From contig CAWBHS010000050.1 of assembly GCA_963788655.1 (NCBI GenBank), positions 1 to 64,000 on the forward strand: 64,000 nucleotides of DNA, written 5' to 3'. The translations under genes and the position numbers were made by a program. Under the pieces are notes generated by a model. That model was not told the origin of the DNA and did no database searches. It saw only the letters and a list, made by a program, of their open reading frames with translations. The first letter of the stretch is position 1. Each line of letters starts with the position of its first letter. Positions 1 to 10,100 of this stretch are shown here, piece after piece. Source of the stretch: an uncultured Verrucomicrobiae bacterium. Its GTDB lineage: Bacteria; Verrucomicrobiota; Verrucomicrobiia; Limisphaerales; JAFGQR01.

Positions 1-274
1 CCATACGCAGCATGTTCTTCCGCTTGCCGCCTTGCATGAGTCCGGAGAGGTATTGACACGCTCCCGCCGAAACATCGTGGCGATAGGATTGGAACAGATC
101 GGAAAAGCTTTTCACCAAGCGGATAAAGCGCTGACCAACGCCACGCAGCGCCGACTCGTGGGTTTCATTTTGTCTCCTGGGTTTACTCGGGGTTCCGTTC
201 GTTGGTCATCACGGCGATCAATCTATGCAATAGCCTGACGGGAAGCAAGTTTTATCTTTACGAAGTCAAATTAG
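1..274 (-). mobile_element. IS701-family element, left end and N-terminus of transposase (runs off the window edge)
   Basis: Minus-strand frame reads ...SYRHDVSAGACQYLSGLMQGGKRKNMLRM, matching the IS701 N-terminal Y-x-x-GL...RKN.ERM pattern. Candidate terminus CTAATTTGACTTCG at 274-261. The ATG near 209 needs a frameshift. Confidence 0.6.
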
Positions 275-841
275 ATCAAACCCTGGCCGAGCACTTGCCT
301 CCGCACGGCTCAAGCCTTGAGCTTTCTCCGGCAGGGGCCAAACTGCCTGTTGGGAAACGGAGAACGATCATTGCCACCTTGAAATCCGCCGTCATTATTA
401 GAGCACCAAATTATCTTGGTCTGCCGATTTGGAAAGCGGGCAGGGTTCGTGGCATCGATTCGCGAGGTGGACGGCCAAAATGTACCACCGAAGGCGCTAT
501 TATCTTTCAACAAGCTTACCCCGGGACGTCAGACTGTTTGCGCAAGCGGTACGCCGCCACCGGGGAGTGAAAAACAAACTGCATTGGATGATGATATATA
601 TCTGCATTCGGGAGGATCAAGATTGCCCACGCCATTTATGCGGCGGAGAACTCGACCACGCTCTGTCGGCCTGCCATGAACCTGTTCAAGCGAGGAACCG
701 CTAAACCGCACGGCATCAAACGCAAACAACTCAAGGCTGCCTGAAACCGCGCCTATTGGGTACTAATTTTTTTGTTTTCCTTGCATTACCCCTGGGGAAT
801 CGTTCCATTGTCTAATTCCTAATGGGCATTGAGATGAAATG

Positions 842-1450
842 TTAAGCCATTCGCCCGACAGCCAGCCGCCGTCTACGTAAGAGTGTTTTTCCAACCAAGA
901 GTATGCCAAATAGACTGAGAGCAAGTTTCGTTGGTTCTGGAACGGCACTAACCGCGATTTGATCAAAAACGCCATCGCCAAAAGTGCTGCTGCCGAGAGC
1001 CGCTTTGAAATAGACATCTGAACTTCCATTTAGCTCGGTTCTCGAAGTAAAATCTACACTGTAACTTGTCCAAGTCGAACTGGTTAAAGTCTTGCTAATT
1101 CCTGGTGTAAAATAGTTTATTCCGTCAATGGACGAAGTCCAAAGAACTGAAGTAGGTTGAGACGTGCTTTTTCCGAAGTAATTGAGTGTGAAACTTGAAA
1201 GCTCGGTGCCGCTGATATGGATTACGTAAAAACCGTACCAGGGAACGTCAATGGCATTTCCTGGATTTCCTCCAACTAGGCTCAAGGAATAAGGCGAAGA
1301 AATTGAAGCGGCTCCACTTTGAGTGCCCCCATCCGCATCATACGGCCCTGTTCCCGTCGCACTGTCAAAACTCCACGACGCCACCACTGCCCCCTTACTT
1401 TGCCATGCGACGCCATTAAGCAAGGCTACTGCGATTCCGACTGCAACCAA
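842..1450 (-). CDS. PEP-CTERM sorting domain protein
   Basis: Signal peptide, Ser/Thr-rich body, C-terminal VPEPT + hydrophobic helix + RRRR. Start codon uncertain. Confidence 0.9.
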   Translation of the reverse strand: MVAVGIAVALLNGVAWQSKGAVVASWSFDSATGTGPYDADGGTQSGAASISSPYSLSLVGGNPGNAIDVPWYGFYVIHISGTELSSFTLNYFGKSTSQPTSVLWTSSIDGINYFTPGISKTLTSSTWTSYSVDFTSRTELNGSSDVYFKAALGSSTFGDGVFDQIAVSAVPEPTKLALSLFGILLVGKTLLRRRRLAVGRMA

Positions 1451-2677
1451 GTTTCATAGAGATTCATAAACTTCTATCTCCATTTCTTCTGGAACATCTT
1501 TTTGTCAACTGAGTGTGTTTTTTTATATCATCACCTGCAATTAAAGCAAGCGAAATCCAATTCGGATTAGAGATTTTGGCCAATTCGAAGCAGGGAGAAA
1601 CTTCGCACAAGGGTAATCCTACGCTCTTGTAACTTATCGGAAGCAATTGTGAATTAGCTTGTTCTGACGCAGAATCCGGGATTCTTGAAGAGCGAATCTC
1701 CGTCGCTGGACTATCTAAATTCACCAAGAGCAATGAAATTGAGCGCAACAAAGCTGCCGAAGCCGGAAAGTTTGGAAACGATAAAGATAAAGTGACAGGT
1801 CCAATGTATTTCCACTAAGCTGATCACGATGAGCGATGACGACCATCTGGACCGTGCCGCCAAGCCCATAAAAGACTCCGCTGGCTCGAAAACAACGGTT
1901 TCTTCAACCTGATGGGCAAGCCAGTACGCCTGAGTTGTCGCCCGTCGCCTTTCCCCGCACCAAGCCCTCTTTTAAGGGGGAGACTTCTCTGAAGCGAAAG
2001 TCGCGCGTTATGGCCCTTTGAACCGAAGTGCCACTGTGTCAACGACCAACCGCAGCATGTTGCCACTAAACCGTGACTATGCACCAACGGTAGGGCAGAG
2101 CTGCCGCTCTGCCCGGATTATTGAAAGCATCCAATTTCCTGACGGCACCACCAGCGAGTGACTGTTTAGTGAGCCGGAGCGCGGCCGGTTGGCTTTGTTT
2201 TCCTTCCTGAATATAAGGCGCCGCGGCAGCGCCGCCCTACCAGCAACTGAAATCTTACAGCTAAAGCGCTTTGGAATCGTGCCGGCCGCGGCGACTGGTG
2301 CCGCTCCATCCTGCCCACCGTCGTAATCCGGTGCGTGGAGCGGAAGCACCTTTCGCCGCGTTCGTTGGGCGGCCAAGCCCAAGGGCACAGACGTTTATCG
2401 GAGTAGCATCGGATCTCGAACTTGCTGCGATTTGTCGCTCACGAATAGTCAGGCCCTCCCGGTTATGGATGTGTAAGGTAGAAACTACACATTTGCATCG
2501 CTACACAAGCAAGCTGTCCATCAACAAATTGAGCAACTAAATATGGATTAGTGAACACCGAACTGGAAGGTTTTCATTACGCTCGATTGAAAGTTGCTCC
2601 TGCCTGGCGGTAAATGATAACATCTATTGCTTTGGTGACAAACGACTTGGAATGCAAGCGCCAGCGCCTCCTGCCCA

Positions 2678-2694
2678 TTGGCACCGATATTGCG
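2678..2694 (+). promoter_or_regulatory. sigma-54 (-24/-12) promoter
   Basis: TGGCAC-CGATA-TTGC consensus about 100 nt upstream of the VPDSG-CTERM gene. Confidence 0.7.
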
Positions 2695-2797
2695 CAAATA
2701 CCTACGGTTTAGGCTTTGCCTTCGGCGGCGGAGCAAACGTGCCCTACTCAGAGGGAAGACCAAACAGTAAAAAGCTCAAATTGAAAGAAGAGAAGTT

Positions 2798-3444
2798 ATG
2801 ATGCGGAAATTTTTAGCAATAGCGAGTGTGGCGGGAACGATGGGGATTTTGACGAATGCTCAGGCGGTCGCCACAGTTACCGTTTATGATGGTTTAACCA
2901 CACAGGTTTTTCCGGACACCGACGGTGATGGGTTTCTGACTTTCAGTGGCAGTATCGGTGTTTGGAGTTTCTCTTCAACACTGCTGAATCAAAGGACACA
3001 GTTGGAAGTGCCACAGATCCCAGGATCGGACGTTCTGTTTGATGAGCACCGCCGCGGGAACGCTAACGATAAGGTGGTACGATAGGATTCGGTGACTTCA
3101 CCGGCAGTTTTGTGTCTGAGGTCGGACGTTTACGCTGCAGGATAAGCTTGATTAAACACTTATTACGCGAGCGACAATTCGGTGCCGCCTGGCACGTTGC
3201 TAACGCACAGCGAAATACCAACTGGTGGAGTGTATAATGACACGCAAATTGTAAATCTCGGGTGACTTTGAATAATCCTTTCTCGCTGATGCAGGAATTG
3301 ATAATTGATCATACGGCTGCTGGAGACAGCGGAGGTGACGCCAAACTGCAAAACACCGTTCCAGATGGTGGCAGCACATTATTGCTGTTTGGCAGTGCGG
3401 TTGGGCTTCTGGGTTTTGTTAACTGGCGTTGCAAGAGGCAGTAG
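2798..3444 (+). CDS. VPDSG-CTERM sorting domain protein (frameshifted)
   Basis: Signal peptide MRKFLAIASVAG... in ORF 2798; C-terminal VPDGGSTLLLFGSAVGLLGFVNWRCKRQ in ORF 3262-3444. Confidence 0.8.
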
Positions 3445-3473
3445 GCTGTTACCTTTCAATGATAGCTTTTAAC

Positions 3474-3507
3474 CGAAAGGCCGCTCGATTGAGCGGCCTT
3501 TCGCTTT
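3474..3507 (+). terminator. intrinsic terminator
   Basis: Perfect 13-bp stem CGAAAGGCCGCTC/GAGCGGCCTTTCG, 4-nt loop, short T run. Confidence 0.75.
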
Positions 3508-3681
3508 ATACGAATGCCAGAATCAGATTCCAAAGCCGCTGTTTTTGGAGCTCCGGAGTGTTTAGGGGCGCGGGAGAAATTAAGGAGCCCAAAGGCCGAA
3601 GCGCTACACGAATGCCCGAAGACGTTTATTGATTCCATCGTGCGTACGCAGCGGATCGGCCGTTCTTTGGTGGTTCGGGAC

Positions 3682-3865
3682 GTAAAGGGGTCAGTTCTCA
3701 CAATCGACAACAGACGGAACATCCAAGTCCGTGAGATGAACTGCCCCGGAGTGCGCCCCCGTCCTCGGGCGCGGCAATCGCCGCAGTAAAGGGGTCAGTT
3801 CTCACAATCGATAAAGTGACAGGTTCAAAGCTTTGATAAAGTGACAGGTTCATAGTTATTGACAT
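3682..3865 (+). repeat. direct repeats upstream of RAYT
   Basis: GTAAAGGGGTCAGTTCTCACAATCGA at 3682-3707 and 3786-3811; GATAAAGTGACAGGTTCA at 3810 and 3835. Confidence 0.9.
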
Positions 3866-3898
3866 GCTTTCCTCGGTTTCCGGCACACTGATTCCCCT

Positions 3899-4872
3899 AT
3901 GAGAATGGCACGAATCAAAGTTTACGGGCGAAGTGCGGTGTATCACTGCATGTCGCGAGTGGTGGCTGGACAAGCCTTGCTGGATGACCTCGGCAAGGAG
4001 CAGCTCGTTAAAATCCTCTTCTCGCTGGCCACGTTCTGCGGAATCGAGGTAATCACTTACTGCATGATGTCCAACCACTTCCATATCCTTGTGCGGGTGC
4101 CGGAGCAGCAGAACCCATCCGGACCAGGAACTGGTCGAGCGACTGGAAGCCCTGTACGGCCCAAGAAAGGCGCTTGGGTGCAATTAGCCCGGCAATGGAC
4201 TGGCAAATCATGGCGGCGTGGACCAAGACATCCGGAAGGAATGTTGGAGCGAATGGGTAGACGTATCGGCGTTCATGAAGGAACTCAAACAGCGGTTTAG
4301 CCGCTGGTATAACCGGCAGACCGGACGGTTCGGCACCCTGTGGGCCGAGCGGTTCAAAAGCGTATTGGTGGAGGATCACCCGGCGAACGTCGAAACCCTG
4401 GCGGCCTATATTGACCTGAATCCAGTGCGCGCGGGATTGGTGTGAGGATCCCAAGGATTATCGCTTTTGCGGTTACGCCGAAGCGTTGGCGGGCAACAAG
4501 GTCGCTCAGGCCGGAATGATGAGTTTCCAAAAGCCTAAAGAATGGAAGAAAGCCGCCGCGGAATATCGCAAACGGTTATTTGTGGGCGCCGGCGTTGCGG
4601 GCCGAAGTGACAAAGCGCTATTGGACCGAGCGAAAATCAAACGCGTGCTGGCCCAGGGCGGGGAATTGAGTCCGGCCCAAATCCTGCGATTGCGTCTGCG
4701 ACACATGACCGATGGCGTCGTGCTGGGATCGAAGTCCTTTGTGAACGAGATGTTTGCCTTGCATCGTGAGAAATTCGGTCTCAAGCGGCGAACCGGAGCG
4801 CGTCCAATCCGGGGTGTCCCATTGGCGGGACTGAGTGCCTTGCGCGATCTCCGGGTGAGCACGGTAACGTAA
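3899..4872 (+). mobile_element. REP-associated tyrosine transposase (RAYT / Y1 HUH), frameshifted
   Basis: YHCMSR, YCMMSNHFH (HUH), GTLWAERFKS and AYIDLNPVRAG motifs spread over three ORF pieces. Confidence 0.9.
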
Positions 4873-5264
4873 GACAGTCCATGACTTCAGCATGCTCAGC
4901 GGCTCGAAAATCCGAAGCTCGAATACTGAAATCCAAAAGCAATCCGAAATCCGATTCGCAAAAATAGTTCCAGCACCAGGGGCAAGCGCAGTGTCCAACC
5001 AAAATGCGCATTACCTGAACCGTCGCTTGACCGCGTAGAACAAACGTCTCGGCCATCCCGAATGTCCAGGAGTCTCTCCTCGGTTGATTTAGATTCCGCG
5101 GTAGAGGTAGGCGCCTGTTTTGAGGTTCGGAAACGGCGAGTACGCTGTCCTACCAACGCGGCCCGCGCGCTGCAACGCAGGACGGCCAGCTTGGCTATGG
5201 GCGAAATGGCCGGGCTCTGCACTTTGCTTTTGAAGTCGGTGGCTGGCTGCGGCATGCTCCGGCC

Positions 5265-5478
5265 ATGTCGAATGGCCGCCTTTCGGGTTTGGACATCTTG
5301 ATCGTCGAGGATGAGCTTATGCTGCGCAAACGGCTGTCTGCTCAACTCGAACGCCTCGGCGCCAACGTCACCACCGCGGAAACGTTGCAGGCGGCGCGGA
5401 CGTTCTGCGCCAACATGGGATTTATTTCGTTACTGCTCGACGTGAACCTGCCGGACGGCACCGGCACTGATTTGCTGA
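5265..5478 (+). pseudogene. response regulator receiver domain, truncated by a RAYT-derived repeat
   Basis: ILIVEDE...LLLDVNLPDGTGTDLL, then an abrupt switch to the ATAAAAGTGACAGG repeat. Confidence 0.75.
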
Positions 5479-5723
5479 ATAAAAGTGACAGGTTCAAAGT
5501 TTTGACGCCATTTCCTCCTTGCCGGCGGAGTGATCTCACCGATTTGATTGGCACAAAGCAATGTTTACGGGCGAAGTGCGGCGAATCACGCCCGGTCGCG
5601 AGTGTTAGCTGGACCAGCCTGGTTGGGATGTCTTCACCAAGGAGCAACTCTTAAAAGCACTCTTCACTTGCCCCGTTTTGCTGCCGTCGAAGTCATCACT
5701 TACTGCCTGATGTCCAACCACTT
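5479..5723 (+). repeat. degenerate copy of RAYT 5' end (corresponds to 3836-4080)
   Basis: Colinear similarity from ATAAAGTGACAGG to ...TGATGTCCAACCACTT. Confidence 0.85.
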
Positions 5724-5789
5724 AGCCGTGCCTATTCCATTCAACCACGAATGGCGAATAAACACGAATCCACCCTGCGACTCTGATCG

Positions 5790-6032
5790 ATAAAGTGACA
5801 GGTTCAAAGTTGTTGACACCCTTTCCTCGTTGCCGGTGGAGTGATCTCATCGTTCTGATTGGCACGAATCAATGTTTACGGACGAAGTGCGGTGAATCAC
5901 TGCCAGTCGCAAATGGTGGCTGGACCAGCTTGATTGGACAACCTCGGCAAAGAGCAACTCTAAAAAGCTCTCTTCTTCCGCCCCGTTCTGCCGCGTCGAA
6001 GTCATCACTTACTGCCTGATGTCCAATCACTT
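5790..6032 (+). repeat. degenerate copy of RAYT 5' end
   Basis: Same start and end as the 5479 copy; part of a ~310-bp tandem duplication. Confidence 0.85.
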
Positions 6033-6216
6033 AGCTGTGCCTATTCAATTTTATCACGAATGAACACGAATCCAGCCTGCGACTCTGATCGTGTATTGAA
6101 CGAAAACAGAGGCTCACCGAACGGTGATTCATGAATCAACGGCCAAAAGGCTCATTTGGCCCTGCCATTCGTGTCGATTCGTGTTCATTCGTAGTTTTCT
6201 TTTTGCATAGTTACAG

Positions 6217-6372
6217 CTCCGTCGAGCCCAAATTCCCCCATTCCCAACCGTCCGCAGCGCTGATGGCGGGAACGGTCAGGCGGTTCGAACGTCAAGGACC
6301 TGCCAAGTTTACGCCACAGGTGTCGGGAATACGCGGAGGAGAAATCAGGGCTCGACGGAGTCTCGCCCTACC
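6217..6372. repeat. REPIN-like inverted pair of GTAG REP (GGTAGGGCGAGACTCCGTCGAGCCC family)
   Basis: CTCCGTCGAGCCC...GGGCTCGACGGAGTCTCGCCCTACC; the same unit recurs at 8123-8285 and the right arm at 11391-11415. Confidence 0.8.
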
Positions 6373-6564
6373 GCAGGGGGATGTTCTCCGACGTGGAGAG
6401 ACAACAAACACCCGCCCAAAACCGGTCCGGTGGAGGGAACTTCTAGCGATAAAGTGGCCGATTCAAAGTCTTTTCGCTAAACCGAATCCGTTCCGAAGGG
6501 ACGGGTGAGCCGCGTGGACCTGGATTGCGTTGCAATGGCAAATTCATCTCCGATCCGAACGCCG

Positions 6565-6776
6565 TTATTCTTGAGGCGGCGGGGCGCGTAGAAAACTTAC
6601 GTCCTCCAAGTCTTTCGGACGGGCCACGGCTTTCTTGTTTCGGATGAGCATCGTCAGCCCTAAATAACCGCTTCGCCGCCCACGACCACGTACCGCACCC
6701 GATGTCGATGCAGCGCGGTGATGAAGTCGAGGATGTCCGGTGAAAAGTAGGCCGCGTCTAACGAGTCCGATGGCAT
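6565..6776 (-). pseudogene. nucleotidyltransferase-like gene with internal deletion
   Basis: N-terminus MPSDSLDAAYFSPDILDFITALHRHRVRYVVVGGEAVI joined directly, out of frame, to C-terminal YLGLTMLIRNKKAVARPKDLED. Confidence 0.65.
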
Positions 6777-6928
6777 GCGCGCACATCTTTCGGATGGGGC
6801 CCGTAAACGCGCTCCTTGAGCCGTCGGGCGATGGCCCATCGCTCTTGCGGCGTCATCCGAATCTGCTGTTGCCGATCCCAGGCGGCCGCTTCCTGGAAAC
6901 TCTTTGACCGATGAATCACCCGTTCCAT
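6758..6928 (-). CDS. small hypothetical protein, probable partner of the nucleotidyltransferase
   Basis: MERVIHRSKSFQEAAAWDRQQQIRMTPQERWAIA (MTPxER motif), overlapping the downstream gene start. Confidence 0.55.
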   Translation of the reverse strand: MERVIHRSKSFQEAAAWDRQQQIRMTPQERWAIARRLKERVYGPHPKDVRACHRTR

Positions 6929-7247
6929 GCCGAACATTCTAGCGGATTGTGCCGTCTTGAAAAGGGGAAAGTCTCCAACGCTGCGCAAATCACGGGTTCC
7001 TCCCACACCTCCAAACTCAGACAACCGGAACGTGATGCTGCATGACGGTCAGCCAAGCTTGCCTCCGCGGAGGTTTTTCTCTCTCTTTTCGAGGTTTTAG
7101 CTGTTTCTATGCAGTTGAACAGGAGCTATCCGGCGCTCGCCCTCGAGCGGAGGTTCTTTGGTTGTCCGGGACCGGCGAGACGCGCTGTCCTACCCGGCTT
7201 CAAGAAGCGGGTTGACAAGAAGATTGTCGCCGGAAGATGTTAGCCCC

Positions 7248-7685
7248 ATGGGCAAGGTCATCGTAAAATTGAAATTGACTAATCTGTTTGACTTGGCGTT
7301 GCAAAACCGGGGCGTCACCAAGAAAAAGCCGCGTCAGGTGGAAGTGCAAGCGTTGGTGGACACGGGAGCGACGCGGCTTTATCTGAAGCCCTCGGTCATC
7401 AAGAAACTGGGGTTGCAGCGGGTGGATGCGGTCCGTTCATACACCACCAACGGGGAAACGATCCGCTACAAATACGAGCCGGTGCAGCTTGAGTTGATGG
7501 GCCGCAAAGAGAATTTTGACGTGATCGAAGTGCCCGAGTCGGTCCCTAACTTGCTGGGGCAAGTGCCCCTCGAAGTGCTGGATTTAGTCGTGGACAGCAA
7601 GCGCCAGATACTCATCGCCAATCCCGCGCACGGTGGCGAGCAGATGACGGAGGAGTATGCACTGGGCGAAGCGGTGACCCGTTGA
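7248..7685 (+). CDS. clan AA aspartic protease (retroviral-like, AF_0612 type)
   Basis: ALVDTGAT and LLGQVPLEVLDLVVD motifs. Confidence 0.85.
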   Translation: MGKVIVKLKLTNLFDLALQNRGVTKKKPRQVEVQALVDTGATRLYLKPSVIKKLGLQRVDAVRSYTTNGETIRYKYEPVQLELMGRKENFDVIEVPESVPNLLGQVPLEVLDLVVDSKRQILIANPAHGGEQMTEEYALGEAVTR

Positions 7686-7687
7686 AA

Positions 7688-7930
7688 TTAAAGTGACAGG
7701 TTCAAAGCTTTGACGCTCTTTCCACGTTGCTGGCGGAGTGATCTCACCGATGTGATTGGCACGAATCAAATGTTTACGGGCGAAGGGCGGCGAATCACTG
7801 CTGGTTGCAAAGGTTGGCAGGACAAGCCTTGCCGGATAACTTCGCCAAGGAGCAACTCTTAAAAGCTCTCTTCGCCCGCCACGTTCCGCTACGTCGATGT
7901 CATCACTTACTGCCTGATGTCCAATCACTT
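7688..7930 (+). repeat. degenerate copy of RAYT 5' end
   Basis: TAAAGTGACAGGTTCAAAG...TGATGTCCAATCACTT. Confidence 0.85.
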
Positions 7931-8427
7931 AGCCGTGTCTATGCAGTTGAACCGGAGGAAACGGAGACAACCGAGGCGGGAGAACGGCCTGAAAGGGCGT
8001 TTTGAGGCGTCGGAGCGGAATGACCGAACGCTTCAGCCGGCGTCGTCCTTTCAAGATTCAAAATCACTCTGCGTTTTCTCTGTTATCTCTGTTGTCTCCT
8101 GTTCCCAACTGAATTGTTACGGCTCCGTCGAGCCCAAACTTCCCCTCATCATTCCCAAGCATTCGAGGCGGTGACAGGCGGGAAAGGTCAGGCGGTTCGA
8201 ACGTCAAGGACCAGCCAAGGTTTACGCCATACGTGTCGGGACCGCGCGGAGGAGAGATCAGGGCTCGACCGAGTCTCGCCCTACCGCAAGGGTCTGTTCT
8301 CCCGTGTTCCATCGCGCTCAGTGTTCTCCGTTTCCTCCTGTTCAACGCCGCTATCCAGCGCTCGCCATTGAGCGGGAATTCTTTGGTTGTCCGGACCGGC
8401 GAGACGCCGCTCGGAGCAACGTGTCGT

Positions 8428-8865
8428 TCAGAGTCTTTCCGGAAGCACGCGCAAATTGGCGGCGGCGGCCACCGCCCGGAACTGGGGATGAAACGAGCAA
8501 TAATGGGTCGCGCCACCGGCAACGGCCAACCCAGCATGCAGAAACATCATGGGAGTGAATTTCGGATTCGGGGCCTGCCGATTCATGCCGATGGCCAGCC
8601 GCAAGCCGCTGTCCCAATCCACCGTCACCAACTGGAAGACTCCCTCGGCAAAGTGATGGTCCCAATCCCGCTTGCCTTGTTGGCCGGCAGGCGCCGAAGG
8701 CTCACTGAGCTGGGCTTTGAACAGCAAATGCTCGATTTGGAGGATGTGCAGGGCGTGCAAGAGATAGGGCGCCGGAAACTTCCGAATCAGATGCCAAGCG
8801 CGGGATGAGCCACTGGTCTTCAACACCAACGTGGCCAGAAAACCCGGCTCAAGATACGGACTCAT
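8428..8865 (-). CDS. PIN/VapC-like protein with atypical active-site residues
   Basis: 145 aa, overlaps the upstream antitoxin; PIN-like spacing (YLEPGFL...LHAGLAVAGGATHYCSF). Confidence 0.6.
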   Translation of the reverse strand: MSPYLEPGFLATLVLKTSGSSRAWHLIRKFPAPYLLHALHILQIEHLLFKAQLSEPSAPAGQQGKRDWDHHFAEGVFQLVTVDWDSGLRLAIGMNRQAPNPKFTPMMFLHAGLAVAGGATHYCSFHPQFRAVAAAANLRVLPERL

Positions 8866-9085
8866 AGAGTTGCTCGATCAGTCGGTCGCCTACGGTCGTC
8901 GGGTACGTGTGTCGGGTCACCCGCGTCAGAAAATTGGGTCGTTTTACGGTGGGTTGGGCCAGTTTTTCAAAGCGAGCCACTGGCTTGCCATGTACGGTTA
9001 CCGTGATGGCTTGGCCCGGCTTCAACGCTTCGGTAATCTCCTTCCGACGCCGGTCAAATTCTCGGGCGGAAATGTGCTGTTTCAT
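8849..9085 (-). CDS. Phd/YefM-family antitoxin
   Basis: ISAREF...EALKPGQAITVTVHGKPVARF. Confidence 0.75.
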   Translation of the reverse strand: MKQHISAREFDRRRKEITEALKPGQAITVTVHGKPVARFEKLAQPTVKRPNFLTRVTRHTYPTTVGDRLIEQLYESVS

Positions 9086-10100
9086 TGTCTGACAATTTGT
9101 CAGGCTTTTGAAGGAATGTCAACGGCTCACCAAATGCGGGATCATTTGCCACCCATTGAAGGCCTGAGGGCATGAACCTCTGGGGGCACGAACCTGAAAC
9201 CGGCAGTAGCATTGACCACGGAAGCAGATTTCGCGGATGCAGATCTCTGGCCGCCCGAAGCATCACTCAGGTGGCTCACCATACCAACGACCAATTTGTT
9301 CCAGCTAATTTCTTCTCCATCCGTGCCATCCTGCAATGCGTGGTTCCAACTGCTCCAATTAGGTGATTGGTTACCTCCATGCAATCACACTGGTTGGCGA
9401 GGCGCCAACCCGTGCGCCCGAGGCGGGCGCGCTCCCCCTTTTGCATTTCAAAAATCCGAGAACTGGTAGGGACGCGTTCCACCGTGTCCCCCTTTTCTCC
9501 GCGGAACAAACGTCCACCGCAGTCCGGCCAAAGGGACATTTTTAGCGCGTCGGGATCTCCCTGGTGGCGGTTCCTGCGTTGGCAGTCGCCCGGCGGAGAG
9601 ATCAAGGACGGAGTGAAATCCGTTCTTATTCCTCTTCCCGTTCAAGATGGGACTTAAACCGAAGCGGGGACATTCCTATCCGCTCATGCCGCAGCCCCAT
9701 CCCCGCCGAGCGGACAGGAATGTCCGCGCTTCAATTCAATTCCGCATTAGCCCCAACTTGAATGCAAAATGGAATTACCAAAACCAGGTAGGGATGCCGG
9801 CCGGCGCGTCCACAGATTCAAAAAGTCAGGGACGCAGTGAAATGAGTCCCTACCGTTCCTTAAAACGTATTGGGATCCCGGCTATTGTAGAATAATGACG
9901 GTTGACCAGCTCTGTTCTCACTGAATGTCAACCACTGCGCCCGAGGGCGGGCGCGCTCCCCTTTTCAACGGGCAGTCACGGCACAACCATCGGCACTGAC
10001 ATCGGTAATATGGGGTCAGATATTGCCGCAATGAGTCGCATAACTAATTGACTGCAAACACTTGCCATACCTTGTTACATCGGCAATAATATCGGCAAAA

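Noticed and set aside
280..760. Overlapping short ORFs after the IS end
   Set aside because: No motifs or consistent coding signal.
3682..3865. Possible mini-CRISPR (26-bp direct repeats with a spacer)
   Set aside because: Only two copies, a 78-nt spacer, no cas genes; better explained as RAYT-associated ends.
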